A stretch of 62,578 bases of DNA, filler included, from Dirinaria sp. TL-2023a (GCA_051941275.1; 6 parts of 6 records of this genome joined end to end with filler, not necessarily neighbours in it); one strand, 5' to 3'. Shown: positions 1-12,580, numbered from the whole stretch's first letter. The notes: generated by a model not told the origin, from the letters alone. Translations and numbers: made by a program.

Positions 1-128
1 GGATTTCCTAGTATTATGAATAGAGAAAACTGCGCGTAACAAGGAAAGAGTCGACGCAGCGCTGACGCGCCGCCGATATAAGTATATAGATCTCGCATAG
101 GCCCCTTGTGGGTGTTGAATCGAGTAAG

Positions 129-132
<4 letters not shown>

Positions 133-164
<32 letters not shown>

Positions 165-198
165 GGAAGGAACGGCTAACCTTTTTTTTTTTTTTTTT
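133..198. repeat. Homopolymer tracts (poly-A 133-161, poly-T 182-198) at the low-complexity contig start
   Basis: Seen directly in the sequence. Confidence 0.95.
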
Positions 199-1845
199 CC
201 AAAAAGGAGCGAGAGACGAAAATACTTCCTAAGCCTGGATTACATATCTCACCCGTGGCTCATAATTTCAACGCAGTCACGTACTTAAACCCAACTCACG
301 ACACCCCCAAAAAAAACCTGATAATAAAAACGAACCTCTTAAGAATTATCCTACTCCCTTCCATGCATCCATCAATCATCGAAGAGCACATCAACCAACG
401 TTTCAAAAAAAATTCTTACCTCCAAAGACGTCTAACAAAGCAAACAAGATAAGAAATCCTCAATCGTAGCAGGATATCCGAAACAAAATTTCCGACGTTA
501 ATAAAAAACCATTCGGAAAATTCGAATTCCCTAGAAACTTTATTTTTGATTTTTCTTCGATCCGCGTGAAAGGGGGGTTTTGGTAAGATTTACTTTTAGG
601 CAAAGTGGGTTGGTTGGCAGCTAGGGATGTTATTACATGAAGAGTGGTTTTTCTTTCGGTCGTGACGAGATTAAGCTCGATGAAAAAACGGTACATAAAT
701 ATGGCGCAGAAGAAGCGGGTCTCATTCATATATTGGCCATTTGCTCGGACTATTGCTGTGCAGAATTTTTCTTTCTGATCTTCAAGTCTCTGCAATCATC
801 GAAGTGGGTGCAAAATGCCCAAAAAAAAAAAAAAAAAAGAAATGATCGCTTGCCATTTCATGATCCCAACACACGGACTGAACTCTTACTAAAACTCGTC
901 CTGAACCACAGAATACAGCTGCCAAAAAGAAAAGTTTTTGATAGCTCAGGCAACGAAGGGAAAATTTCTCAACACGCATTATCCAAGACCCGGAAGGGGA
1001 GGAGAACGGAGGGGGAATTTTAACCTCTCTGAGTCATATTCTCAACAAAAAAAAAACTTGACTCTCGCTCAGGTTCAGAAATGGGAAATAAGTTTCACAG
1101 GTAAAGCGATATGAAGGGACCTTTTGCTCCTCATGGCATGAGGTATTTGAAGCTGTCAGTCAGTCAATCAGTCAGCCTTCATCTATTGAAATCTCATGAA
1201 ATTGCGCTGTAACAAAAAAGTTCGAGATCCGTTGACTCGACATTATAACGCGGCTAAGAAGGGAGGCTGACGCCCCCCAAAAAAAAAAGGGAACTTAAGC
1301 GTAGGGCAATGTTGTGAATATTACCTTTTCAGGGACATATATATACCTCGGGAAACAAAATGAGATTTGTTGGGATTCACCTTGGAGCAGTTCGCGGTTT
1401 TTAAAGCCGTCAATTCTAACACTTTCCCCCCCTTTTTCTTTCGACATCCTCATCCTGGCTTTTCTTTCCGTGCAGCTTCATCACCTCGATCTCTTCGCTG
1501 CTCTGCGTCATTACTCCATCTCATCATACTTTCAGCATCATTACCTTGACTGCTTATCTGCTCTGCACCCTTACCCCTATTACTTGCCCAGTCCGCACCA
1601 CCACCATTCTTGGACTTACTCTGTCCACAACAAACATTCTGACTGCTTGTTCGCTCGGCATCAACACTCTTACTGCTTGGCCGGTAGCATCACCATTCTT
1701 AGTGCTTGCGTCGTCAATACAACCCTCATCCAACACTGTATAGCATACCGCCCTGACTCCGTATCTCGTGAAAATCTCCAATATGAAATACTAATTATAC
1801 TGTATAGCACACAAACATACCTCTCTCACCGCCAAATAATAAAAG

Positions 1846-2088
1846 ATGTGTACACGAACCTTCATCCTGTATCAATGCGGACACAAAGTTCCTCACATAC
1901 GCCAAACCTGCCCCGATTCAAAACATTGTTATGCTCAGCGGCGGGTCACAGTCAGAGTGATTAATAGACAGGGGATCTGCTGGAAGTGCAGCAGGCTGAG
2001 ATCAGAGACCGCGGCTGAGAAAAAGTTCAGGCAGCGCTGTGAAACAATCGCAAGGATGGCTTATCTCGTTCTTCAGTCTTCCGCATAG
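1846..2088 (+). CDS. Small Cys/His-rich hypothetical protein (80 aa), possible Zn-binding
   Basis: True ATG. Pattern MC-x7-Y-x-CGH...C-x5-C...C-x2-C resembles the 'MC...Y.CGH' N-termini of small fungal hypothetical proteins. Confidence 0.5.
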   Translation: MCTRTFILYQCGHKVPHIRQTCPDSKHCYAQRRVTVRVINRQGICWKCSRLRSETAAEKKFRQRCETIARMAYLVLQSSA

Positions 2089-2275
2089 AGGAATAGACCT
2101 TTCCTAGCATACAACCGTGGACAAAGCCACTGTCTTCTTCACGAAGGATGTCGAATGGGGGCCGGCGAAGTTCACGGTAGGCTTTTTGAAATTTTATCAG
2201 AGCTTTTAGCAGCTCAGACGTCCTCCATTGCTTTTTCAAATTTCTAATGCCCTCTTACTCACCTACAGCTGTAGT

Positions 2276-5200
2276 TTACTGCTCCTTTGTAACATTCTCC
2301 AACTGGTCTTCTAGTCCCACAATCGCCTCTGCTCCCCCATCAGCCTGTTCGTCCTTTCGTAACTCTTCCTCCCAATTATCGACAACCTCTTCCTTGACTT
2401 TCCGCTCTTGTTCTCTTTTCTTTTTCGCTTCTCTGAGCTTGCTGCCTAGTACTGTATACGGGCTGCGCTGGCCGACGGCCACCTGTCGCGGTGCTGTTCT
2501 TGGCGCTGCTGCTTTTGCAGCTACTTGGCTCCACCCGCCATTGCTAGCTGCATCAACATTCTCGCGACGCAGAACATTTAGAGAAGAGTCGGTAGCACAG
2601 AGTTGAACACTATATGCCAAGTGCTTTGATGCAACTATAGATGCCAGGGACGCCTTTATGGACTGAAGGGTGGCAGCTACTTCGTCGCTCGAAATTGCTG
2701 TGGTAGGGGGTGAAGGACGGCATTTAATCACGATTTCTTCGTTTGGCTGGAAGGATGTATCGAAAGTAAATGCAGGTATTGTATCGAGAACCGAAGAAAG
2801 CTCTGTCCGGAGTTCGTCAACAGTGAGCCCAAAACGAGTAGAGGTCAACAAGAAGCCATTGAAAGGTTCGTTGCTTGACTGAAGCTTGCTCTGGGATTCG
2901 ATCGCCGGCATAGCTGCTGCCTCGGCTTGTCGAATACGTAGACACTCGGACAAGGTTTTCATAGGCGCCATTACGAATTTAGGAGTTTTGAAAATTGCAA
3001 CGTGACGGTGTGGCTCAGGATCCATGCTTTCGCTGTCGAAACCGAAGTCTTCAGAAAGGGAATGTAGGAATGCACGTTGAGGAGAAGGCATCGGTTTGAA
3101 ACGTAGCCTTTTCTCGTTCTCGTCTGCGGCGAAGACCCGAAATTCTTTTTCCTGAGCTTGGGCCCATTTCATGTTTTCGCGAAACATTTTCATGGTGCCT
3201 GTCGAGTACGGAACATGGTCATCTTGGTGTGCTTTGGGATCGATATCAAGAGCAAGTGCCAATTTCTGATTCCTGGCAAGCCTTGCGCACTCGTCGTCGC
3301 ACTGCAATGACCTCTTCATGTTTCCGTCGCTTGCCTTTGATGCATTGCATGTCACTTCCTGCTTGAGGTGCTGGCATTCACAAGTAACTAGCATTCTGTT
3401 CTGACATGGCTTGTCTTCTCGGCATGTAGAGGGCGCGTGACATGGCTCTTCACACGGATGGCCGCAAATCTTCTTGGGTTTACCACAAGATTGCTGGCAT
3501 GTCTTACCACCAGCATCTTCGCACTCTCCAGCACGGTGGCATGGCTTCCGGCAATAGTGGGATCCACATTTCAGCCTTTTGCCACAAATCTCCCCACACC
3601 GAACATCTGCAAGCCAGCATGGCTGATTTTTCAAACGTTTCTTACCGCACATGCAAGGCTTCTCTTGCAGGAAGGGGCACTTTGGACACTGTTGTTCAGA
3701 GCCATGGCAGTTATGGGGTATTCTAGGATGGCCGCAGCTTGTTGGCCTTTCGCAATCGAACCGGCACGGAGGCGCACTTGTACCACATGGTAGAGGAGGC
3801 TGAAGCGTTGTCCGACCACAGTGACAGCTTATCTCTTCGAAAACAGCCTCGCGGCATGTACCACACGGTCCTTTATGACAAAGTTCGGGGCAAGTGTGGT
3901 TTCCGCATTTCAACGGCCGGCCGCAAGACCGAGTACATATGTGCTCTGCTTCGATACCTTCGTCGATGATACGTCCTGCACCCAGAGGCCGGAGTTTGCG
4001 TTTCGTGGCCTGACGCTCCGCCGCTTTACGCTCTCCTGGGCAGCACCTTTCGCCACACTCATGCCGCCCGCAGTTGAGGGTTGCTTTACAGGCCCGCATG
4101 CACTGAGGCGGCTCTTCGTGCCCTTGATGACATATTGTTGGTGATAAGACGCGGCCGCAGCGACAACTGATGTTAGTAGTCATCAGACATGGCATACACT
4201 CTCCAGAGTGGCAGATCTGTTGGCATTTATGGCCGCACTCCAGCGTCTTCAAGCATTGTCTGTCGCAATTAGGTATTCTTGCCGTACAGGAGTCCCGAGG
4301 AACATCACAGATCTCCTGGAGAGAAGTCTTACCACAAGGACAGTGAGTAATTACATCTGGTGATCGAGGACAGTGCGGAGTTTGTGGATCTTGAGAATGA
4401 CAACCCTTCTCGCATTGATGCTTCCCACAATCAAAGGATCGCTGGCAAAGGTTTGCGCATTTAAAGGACCCAATCCAGTGCTCAAGCTGTGTACCTTTGC
4501 TGGGATCTGGAACTTTCGTGCTCGGTTTCTCATCACCTCTATCGCAGCATTCAATTCGCCGCTCGACTTGGCCACAATAGCAGCGACAGTCAAGTTCAAC
4601 CTCGCAAGCACCACAGAGACCTTCGTGGCAAGGTCTCTGGCACGTATGCTGGCCACAAGGCATAAGATCTCCGCAAATTTGTCCGCAGCTCCAGCCGCTA
4701 TCATACTGCGTTTCAACGCACCTTCTGGCGACGGATTGCTTTCCGCAATGACAGCTCTGAGTGGGACCTAGATGTGTACATGGTGGACACGGTCCTGCAT
4801 GACACAAGAGGTCACACGGATGGGGGCATTTCTTTGGCAGCATACGATGCTTACCGCAAGTTTGACCGCACGAGTGCGGTGGTAGGCCTGATATGGAGCG
4901 CGGATCAGTTTCCTTTTCGCACCAGCAATTGTATGTGGAAGGGAGATTATCCTTCGGAAGATTGCATCCAGGACATCGCCATTGCCTGGGTGGAGGAAAG
5001 TCTCCTTCCTGAGTCCGTTGCTGCGCTGCAGCTGCGCCTTCGTTGGTTGACCATTTCTTGATGCAAGAAAGGTGGAAGACTGTCCAGCACGTTCTGCATT
5101 GCCAAACCTTCGATTTTGGACCGATTTCATTTGTACATATAGGGCACTCGTATAGATTGTTCGCAATATCTTCGTGGGTTCTGGTAGGAATATCGGCGGC

Positions 5201-5857
5201 CTTGGATTTCGGTAGTGATTCACGCCGTCTCCGTGGGTTTGCTCTCTGCTGATTGGGCGCTTTGGCCTCAGTTCTATTGCGAGGTTGATGCTGTTGTCCT
5301 GGATGGAACTCCGAAGCATCTCCATGCAATCGGGTAGAATTAGCTGGTAGCGTCGCTGTGTCTATTCGATCGTTCGCTAGTGCATTCAACTCCGTTTCGG
5401 CGGTCAATCGCCCACCAAATTGTCTCCCTGTAACATAATTTGTGTGGTTGACTGCTTGTTCGCGAGCACCTACTTGCTGTCTCTTTCTTCCTCCTCGTCC
5501 CCCAGCACCCTGACCTCGCTCTCCACCTCGGGCTTTAGCTGCACCAGATGAGCCATTCTCCACCGCTGATGCTTCAGCACTTGAAGGATCTGTAAACGCG
5601 GGATCCGATCCGGGCGCGACTGATGCAGGTCTGAAGGCCAATGCAGCATCTCTGTTCCCGTGAGCGGCCTCATCGTCGGTGTGACGTGCCTGCTGTGTAT
5701 TTGGGTCTGCCCCACTATGTCGGCGAGTATGAGCCCGAGCGTTGCCACGTCTATTCCCTCTCCACCGGCGTCTTCCAGACTCAGTATGAACAGGTCCCTG
5801 GTCAGCTACTGTAGCTGTCGGTTGCACAGTCGACATGCTCGTATCGCTGAAATTCAC
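2276..5857 (-). CDS. FAP1: NF-X1-type zinc finger / RING / R3H protein (FAP1/shuttle craft family)
   Basis: 1193-aa single-exon ORF. RING/PHD-like CPIC...CRTCWTVFHLSCIKKW...WRCPGC, many NF-X1 repeats (CHAGPCPPC, CGxHxC), and an R3H domain (FKPMPSPQRAFLHSLSEDFGFDSES). Confidence 0.93.
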   Translation of the reverse strand: MNFSDTSMSTVQPTATVADQGPVHTESGRRRWRGNRRGNARAHTRRHSGADPNTQQARHTDDEAAHGNRDAALAFRPASVAPGSDPAFTDPSSAEASAVENGSSGAAKARGGERGQGAGGRGGRKRQQVGAREQAVNHTNYVTGRQFGGRLTAETELNALANDRIDTATLPANSTRLHGDASEFHPGQQHQPRNRTEAKAPNQQRANPRRRRESLPKSKAADIPTRTHEDIANNLYECPICTNEIGPKSKVWQCRTCWTVFHLSCIKKWSTNEGAAAAQQRTQEGDFPPPRQWRCPGCNLPKDNLPSTYNCWCEKETDPRSISGLPPHSCGQTCGKHRMLPKKCPHPCDLLCHAGPCPPCTHLGPTQSCHCGKQSVARRCVETQYDSGWSCGQICGDLMPCGQHTCQRPCHEGLCGACEVELDCRCYCGQVERRIECCDRGDEKPSTKVPDPSKGTQLEHWIGSFKCANLCQRSFDCGKHQCEKGCHSQDPQTPHCPRSPDVITHCPCGKTSLQEICDVPRDSCTARIPNCDRQCLKTLECGHKCQQICHSGECMPCLMTTNISCRCGRVLSPTICHQGHEEPPQCMRACKATLNCGRHECGERCCPGERKAAERQATKRKLRPLGAGRIIDEGIEAEHICTRSCGRPLKCGNHTCPELCHKGPCGTCREAVFEEISCHCGRTTLQPPLPCGTSAPPCRFDCERPTSCGHPRIPHNCHGSEQQCPKCPFLQEKPCMCGKKRLKNQPCWLADVRCGEICGKRLKCGSHYCRKPCHRAGECEDAGGKTCQQSCGKPKKICGHPCEEPCHAPSTCREDKPCQNRMLVTCECQHLKQEVTCNASKASDGNMKRSLQCDDECARLARNQKLALALDIDPKAHQDDHVPYSTGTMKMFRENMKWAQAQEKEFRVFAADENEKRLRFKPMPSPQRAFLHSLSEDFGFDSESMDPEPHRHVAIFKTPKFVMAPMKTLSECLRIRQAEAAAMPAIESQSKLQSSNEPFNGFLLTSTRFGLTVDELRTELSSVLDTIPAFTFDTSFQPNEEIVIKCRPSPPTTAISSDEVAATLQSIKASLASIVASKHLAYSVQLCATDSSLNVLRRENVDAASNGGWSQVAAKAAAPRTAPRQVAVGQRSPYTVLGSKLREAKKKREQERKVKEEVVDNWEEELRKDEQADGGAEAIVGLEDQLENVTKEQ

Positions 5858-6587
5858 TTTTCTATCTCTAGCGAGAGACTCTTTAGACTTAGGAACAATG
5901 ATGTAAAGACGCCTTGCTTCGGATCACTCGATGGCGGTCAAGGTTTCAATTTTCCTTTAGAAGATAAGTTTCTGAAGATGTGACTTGATCGTCTGGACTC
6001 GAACAGGTTTGATGGGGGAGTTGAGAATCTGGGGTGTTCTTGCCAGTGAAGGTGCGGTGGACGTGGCGTTACTTCGGCGCCATTACCCGATTTGGACAAT
6101 GCTTATACAAGTATGAGTCAAATTCCACCGCTTAACCTGACTCAATGTCCCTATCCACATGTACTTACATTTACCACAGCTTTCATGACTCTACTATACA
6201 CGTCCTGCATTGACTTCCCAAATTCAAATTAGAGGTGCCTGTTAGCATCAGGTGTATTGATCTACAGACTCATCGGTAAGATTCAGCCTAGCCTTCTACA
6301 GACTTAATGTATTTTATGCCAGATCAGGTTGCTTGTTTCAGAGGCTCACCAATCAGGTCAACAGCTCATTAACTCAAGGTGAGTATGACATTGAGTATTA
6401 ACGAAATGATCATAGAACAGATCAAATAGACAAACAATTAAAGTTAGATCAGTACTAAGAGAGCCTAGAGAAGGATTGAGGACGCGAACAGAAATGAATC
6501 AATGCATCAATAGGCGGGTCAAGGAACGAGTACTTAGGACATTAGGACAATACACAATCGGTATTAACATACACTCGTCTTTGGGTA

Positions 6588-7661
6588 TCAACTCTGTCCT
6601 CCAAATTCCTCTGCAATGAAAGCAAAAATGTAGTTGAAGAAGTACGGCTCTGCCACTGTGTCATTGTGCGATCCATTTGGAATCTCTTTCCAAACCTTTC
6701 TCCTTGCCTTGGAAAGAGCATGCAGTTGTTTCATATGGTCAGGGCTATGCAACCATTCATCAGTAAATGCATATTTCGACGCAATAGCAAACGTTGGCGA
6801 CGTTTGTATTTCAAAGCTTGTCACTTACGGGACGATCTCATCCTTCAGTCCACTGATGAACAGGATCGGCACTGTGGTGATTTGTGGAATGACTTCTCTG
6901 CTTGGCCAGTATTGATGGCAAAATCGCGCAATATATCTCGCTGGTGGAATCACACTGTAAAGTGTCAGTACAGGGACGACTTTCGGAACGGGTAACACAC
7001 TGACCTCGGGATCATTTCTTTAATGGACGTGAAGGTGTTTTCCAAAATTAAGCCTGCAATATCTCCTGCTTCCTGATTCTTCGCGACCAGTTGAACTGCC
7101 ACAGCTCCGCCTAAGCTCTGCCCGTATACAATAATCTTGCCACCCTCTGTTTCTTTCTGATTGCGAATGTAATCAAGGGCTGTTTGTGCATCAATATTGA
7201 TACCAGTCTCGTCGGGTGTACCGGTTGACAAGCCGTAACCACGATATTCCAACATCAGGACGTTACAGCCAATGTTCTCCTCAAGTACCTTAGCGATCGG
7301 GACGCGATGACCAATGTTGCCGGCATTCCCGTGAAACATCAGGATTGTGAGCTTTCTGGCAAGAACCTTGTTTGATGGTCTAATGAAGAAGGCGCTGAGA
7401 AACTCGCCATCTGGGGTAGGTATTCGCAGGTCCTCGTAATCCGAAATACCAAAGAAAGACGGCCTAGGGACGCCCTCATCTGTCCGCGCCCCGACCGGTA
7501 GGTTTCTTGGATAGATGAGCTCACTGCAGGCAATCAGCTTGGGACCAGTAATAGTTCCGAGAACTATACTTCTGCTTGAAGTAAAGTAGTCCGCTACCCA
7601 GAGCAGCCACGGCGGACGATGCTAGTACGGGAAGACGTAGGTATGAGAGATAAACACCCAT
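6588..7661 (-). CDS. bem46: Bem46/ABHD13-family alpha/beta hydrolase, 4 exons
   Basis: Spliced reading gives MGVYLSYLRLPVLAS...LLYFKQNELIYPR, FHGNAGNIGHR, nucleophile elbow GQSLGGAV, LENTFTSI, SGLKDEIVP and GSHNDT (Ser-Asp-His triad). First intron 7524-7569; GT-AG introns throughout. Confidence 0.92.
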
Positions 7662-9015
7662 GGCGGCGTCAGGTGAGGCAGATTCGTTCGCAGCAATTGG
7701 AATATAGACTTGCAGCCGTCATCCAAGAGTCAGTCCGGCGCATTCTTTTCGTACAAGACAATCCTTGCACTTATCAATGACAAGGTGCAGCATTGAACAG
7801 TGGGATACATATAACTTGACCAATTGCACCGTTATCAATTCGATGCACAAGGGCTTCCACTCCGATATACAGTGGTTGCTAGTACGAATCGAAAGGCGAT
7901 GTACATGGAAAGCTAAGGGCAGCATTAAAGGAGGGGACACTACAGCCAACCCTGATCTAGCCCTTGCTGCCATGATAGCTCCAAAGACCACTCCGAGATT
8001 CATTTTGTTTCTCCTCACCCTACTCTGTTGCGCCACCGCCTTTCTCACCACCTAGGTACTCATTTTCACACAATAATGCATCTGAACCTTCTGATGCCTC
8101 AGATTTGGATATTTCCATTTTCTCGTCTCTGACAGAACAGGAGTTTGAAGTAAAGACGATTCAAAGAAGTAACAGTGGACTGATTCAATATGAAAGTGCC
8201 ACTCTCAAATAGGCAAATTGTCGAAATGTTACAGATGTCAGAAAAAACGGTGAGAGAAGCATTAACGGATGAAAAACGAGGAGTGGAGAAGTGGGTGTAG
8301 CAGCAGAATAGGGTGGTGTGGTGGCAGTGGGATCCAACTGTTATAACAATGATACTACGCAGGAATCAAGACCAGAAACACGAAACGAAGGAGATCATCG
8401 TTCAAGTCTTCTGGCATTGAAGTATGTAGAGTTCTCACATGCTCAAATGAAGCTCATCCAGGTGCGACAAGCAATTCATTTTCCGTCTCACTTGGATTTG
8501 AACGGGGCTAATTCACGAAACTTCTTCGATTTCCAACTTCATGGTCTCCTAACGTCAATATTATACCCTCAGTGTATGGATGTGAACAGTTATTTGAACA
8601 CTAATGTCGCAGATGTTTCAAGTTTCAGCGAGGACACACGAATCTCTTCAGTAGATCTTGTTATGCTCCTTTGAAGGATGCCAGCACTCAGATGCGTATA
8701 TCATCATATCTCAAATCTCATTCGTTGATTAATCGTAACGCGCATGAAAGAGACAATTCACTTGCAATAAGCATCAGTGTTCACTAACTTGAGTCACAAA
8801 TGTCACCATCCCTAGAATTTCTTTGACATATATAAGTACCTAAAGCCAGGCTCCTTGAGCTGATATTTTGATACCATTCAACATCTATCCTAACGCTGCC
8901 TAGAAATCCATCAAACCAATCTTTCAAGGCGATTACTAAATTGTTTCCGCAATATCAATCTGCCTTTGCTACATCACACACATTATTCCAACAAGCCATT
9001 CGTCGTCAGAGCGTA

Positions 9016-9387
9016 ATGTCAACGATGTTCGATCCCGATATCTACGAACCTTTTGGACCACGGTCAACTTACCGCCGTGTCCACCCTCGCCACAAGGACT
9101 TTGAGTATCACGAGATCCGCCGAAGAGATATCCTCATCGTAGCATGCCATCATGCATTCTTCCCCACCAGCCTAGACCCAGGCAATTGGACGATGATCGG
9201 CACTATTCTCGCCACGAAATTCTCGACGAGAATGGATGGCTACCCCTTTCTGACCGACTGGGTCCGAGGACGATACGAACAACTGAAGCAGACGGAGGAT
9301 GCCGTCTACTTGGAATGGAAGGACGCGAAGTTTAACTCGCCGCGGATGACACAACTTCGCCAACTAGAAGGTCTTGGGGAGGACTGA
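9016..9387 (+). CDS. Hypothetical 123-aa protein, possibly Myb/SANT-like helix-turn-helix
   Basis: ATG at 9016; TATA-like TATATAAG near 8829; segment NWTMIGTILATKF...WVRGRYEQLK. Confidence 0.5.
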   Translation: MSTMFDPDIYEPFGPRSTYRRVHPRHKDFEYHEIRRRDILIVACHHAFFPTSLDPGNWTMIGTILATKFSTRMDGYPFLTDWVRGRYEQLKQTEDAVYLEWKDAKFNSPRMTQLRQLEGLGED

Positions 9388-10362
9388 CAGGGAACCTGTG
9401 AGCGCGGGATGGGACGGATTTTTATTACTCTGGAAGTAGAATAGTAGACCCCCCAGCTGTTCAATTCTGGCATTTTGTTTTCCCTACATATCTCGTTTCT
9501 CCTGTGATCGGCAAGCTTACTGCCTGAGATGTTCAGTTACAAACCCTTCTTCAGCTATTCGATCAATATATTTGCTCCACGAGCAGTCCTTACTCTAGTT
9601 CGAATCATGTTGCTGAAAGTCATCTTCCATCCACCTTACAAGAGTTGATTGCCACAAACGAATAGTCCCGTACTATTGTTAGAAAAAGGTAGAAAAGAAA
9701 AAGCTTCCGCAGGGGGCAAGTCAGGACCGACAACTATCCACCACAAAGAAAGCTACCTCGCTACCTTACCTGGATGTACTTCCTCAAAGAAAATATTACA
9801 CCCAGGTTGAGGCCAGGAAAATCAGACTAAGCGTTGAATCGACACCCAATCAGAAGCCTCCAGAAAAAAAAAAAAATAACCCGCAATCCAGAAACAGCGG
9901 CTAAAAAGTAGCTAAACAAAAAGCTCTATTATTTCCGCGCGACGTAGCTAATGATCCTTACATTAGGTACAACGACGCACCTCAGATCCCCATCCACTTT
10001 TCGCCACGCGAACTACGATCTCGGGAGGATTTTCCGACCGACTTTAGCAACAACAATGGCATTCTTTCTTATCATATAATTTACCCGAGCATGCGCAAAA
10101 GGGTCTCTAGCCGAAAGGAATATATACTAAGGTACATACATATGTACATGCGCCCTGCGCGCGCGCTCGCGCTATATCCCACACTTCATCCCGCGGGTGT
10201 GGGAATAAACGAATGGGGGATGGTTGGTGGGATGTGTATATAAAGTTGGGGGCAAACGCAGGGCGAATAAACATGAGGTAGTATAGGTAGTATATTCAAT
10301 TTGCTATTATTGAACAAAAGCTTTCTCAGGGCGCACGATGGTTCTCTCCGCACCTCTTCTAC

Positions 10363-10462
10363 NNNNNNNNNNNNNNNNNNNNNNNNNNNNNNNNNNNNNN
10401 NNNNNNTTAATTAATTAANNNNNNNNNNNNNNNNNNNNNNNNNNNNNNNNNNNNNNNNNNNN
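10363..10462. other. Artificial contig linker (N44-TTAATTAATTAA-N44; stops in all six frames)
   Basis: Identical 100-bp spacer occurs five times in the window. Confidence 0.98.
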
Positions 10463-10614
10463 CTTTCATCCTCTGATATTCTGCTTTGGATCGAGGGTTG
10501 GGGAGTTGGGGGGGGGGGAAGGAAGTAGCTCACTCATCCATCTACATCCCATAAGCATATGTGTTCCCATATCCCGGTTTTACATCTTTTCTTAAATTGG
10601 AAAAAATTTCTCCC

Positions 10615-11725
10615 TCAAAACTCCAATACCGACCACGTATGATCGTCGACGGTCGTATAAATCAAGCTATGCTGCACCAGCTCATCGCCAGCCTTCATGA
10701 CCTCATTGACCCCCATGCCCAAACTCGCCGCCACATTGTGGACGTGCAGGCCCTCGTTGGTCTGCATGCTATTCTTCAGCACCCCGTACACCTTCCGTGC
10801 ATTGGCCGACACATTCGGCATCACGCGCCCGTTCATGCTCATATTATCCCCCCCTGCTCCTCCATACCCACCATCCTGCTGGACTGCTGCAGCACCACCA
10901 CCGTCATTAGAGAACTGACTCGGATCCCCCCTCGTGAAGTATAAATGCACGTACGTCGCTTCCAGAAGGTGGTACACGATATCCATCTTATTCTCGACGG
11001 TGCGGATGACGTGCGCGCCGACGTGGCGCCGGTCGTTGAACTGCTTCAGGCGGCCCCACACGCGGGCCCATTCGTTGACGGCGAGTTTCGGTTTCGATCC
11101 CTCGGGGGAGATGTCGCTGGAGGCGGCGTCCGCGTCGATCCATTGCTTCACTTCGACGGTCCCTGTGCCGTCGTCGAGCTTGTACGTTATGTTTGTGGTT
11201 TGCGTGGAGATGTTGCGGATTTGGCCGACGAAGGAGAGCTGTGATGGGGGGAAAAGGGGGGCGTTGTTAGGTTGGAGGTTTTGTTTTGTTTAAAATTGGA
11301 GAGGGGGGGTTGAAAGGGAGCGGGAGAAGGATGGGGCCGTTATTACCTGTGTGACTTCGACCTCGTCGATCTTGAACGTGGCGTCTGGATGCGGCTGTTG
11401 GGCTTCGAGGACTTGTTTGATGGTTACAGGCCGCAGAGTATCTTGGCCGTAGGTGCCCTGATTACATGAGCTTGGTAAGACGCTGTTGCTCCCCCTTTCC
11501 CCCCCTCTCCACGGCATTTGGAGAAGAAAAAGTTGCGGCGGGTGTATATTACTTTTCCTGCTGTATTCTCCTGGCTTCCCCCTTGAGAGCCTCCCATGAA
11601 GCCCCCACCGCCTGCTCCGCCTTGCGCCCCGTACGAGGTTGTCGCCCAACCGCCGCCATAATCTAGAGATTGAATTCATGTGAGCCCATGATTCGCGGAC
11701 CGTTGGCAGGATGCACCTTACCCAT
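10615..11725 (-). CDS. RFA2: Replication protein A 32-kDa subunit (RPA2/Rfa2/Ssb2), 4 exons
   Basis: 4-nt first exon ATGG|gtaagg at 11725. Gly-rich N-terminus (GGGFMGGSQ), TLRPVTIKQ, OB fold (FVGQIRNI...YKLDDGTGTVEVKQW), C-terminal winged helix (EGLHVHNVA...IYTTVDDHTW). Confidence 0.93.
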
Positions 11726-12580
11726 CTTGACGGAACTATTTGACGTGCGTGGCTATTTTTTTTTTGGCGGGTTGTTGATTTGTTTGATGGGCGATCGCGT
11801 AAAGTGGTTTTCTGAAGCGCGTCCTAGCGCCACATTTGGGCAGGACGGACCCTTATGATGAGTGCCGAGGCTTCCTCACTTCCCCAGACTCCCCAGAGAG
11901 TCCTTCTTCACTATCACGAGATGACAACTCCACTTACCTACATATACGCTAGATACTACGCCATGTGTTCATTGAGTCGATCTGCTAGCTAAGGTAAGAG
12001 TGTGGTCTGAATCACGTATAATATTTGAGTTTGTACCAGAATCTGAGATGCCTCACATTAGCATCGCTTAGGGCTCCTGTATGGCACTGGCAGGCCGGCT
12101 TTCTGTGCGCTCCAGCGCTTTTTCATCCCGACCTTCACCCTTCTCATTGACAGTCTCCAGCCTACCTACTTTCTGAGGTGGTCGATTATTTGTCGATCTA
12201 GGAGATTCTCTTAGGTTCAAATAGATTCCCTGGCTCGCGAAAGTCCCGCTATGTGATTAGCTGCCCCGAACCGTGACGCTGAGCCGCCCTCGCCGCTGGC
12301 ACTTTGGCGGATTCATAGCATAGTAGGATACCAATGAATCCTCGGATGAAGCTTATCAAAGGTGCAAAGCTTCTTTTGCGAGGTTTTTTCCAATTCCAAA
12401 TCGCTGGGGGGGCCAGTGCTGAAGGCTTGTCTGCATTGTGCCTTAGTCCTGGTTGTACTTCATACCTGTATCTGATTAAAAGCAAATGGAGAATAGTTGC
12501 TCGGTATACCTCGAAGATGGATACCCATTGGGTCTGGAATGCCATCTTCGCTTTTCATGTTGTCACCATGCTGAGCGGCG

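Noticed and set aside
1314..1964. 216-aa His/Leu/Ser-rich ORF
   Set aside because: Non-ATG start and low-complexity pyrimidine-rich sequence; more likely the leader of the 1846 ORF.
10407..10418. TTAATTAATTAA repeated at about 10.4-kb intervals, resembling a periodic element
   Set aside because: Embedded in N runs; a synthetic six-frame-stop linker.
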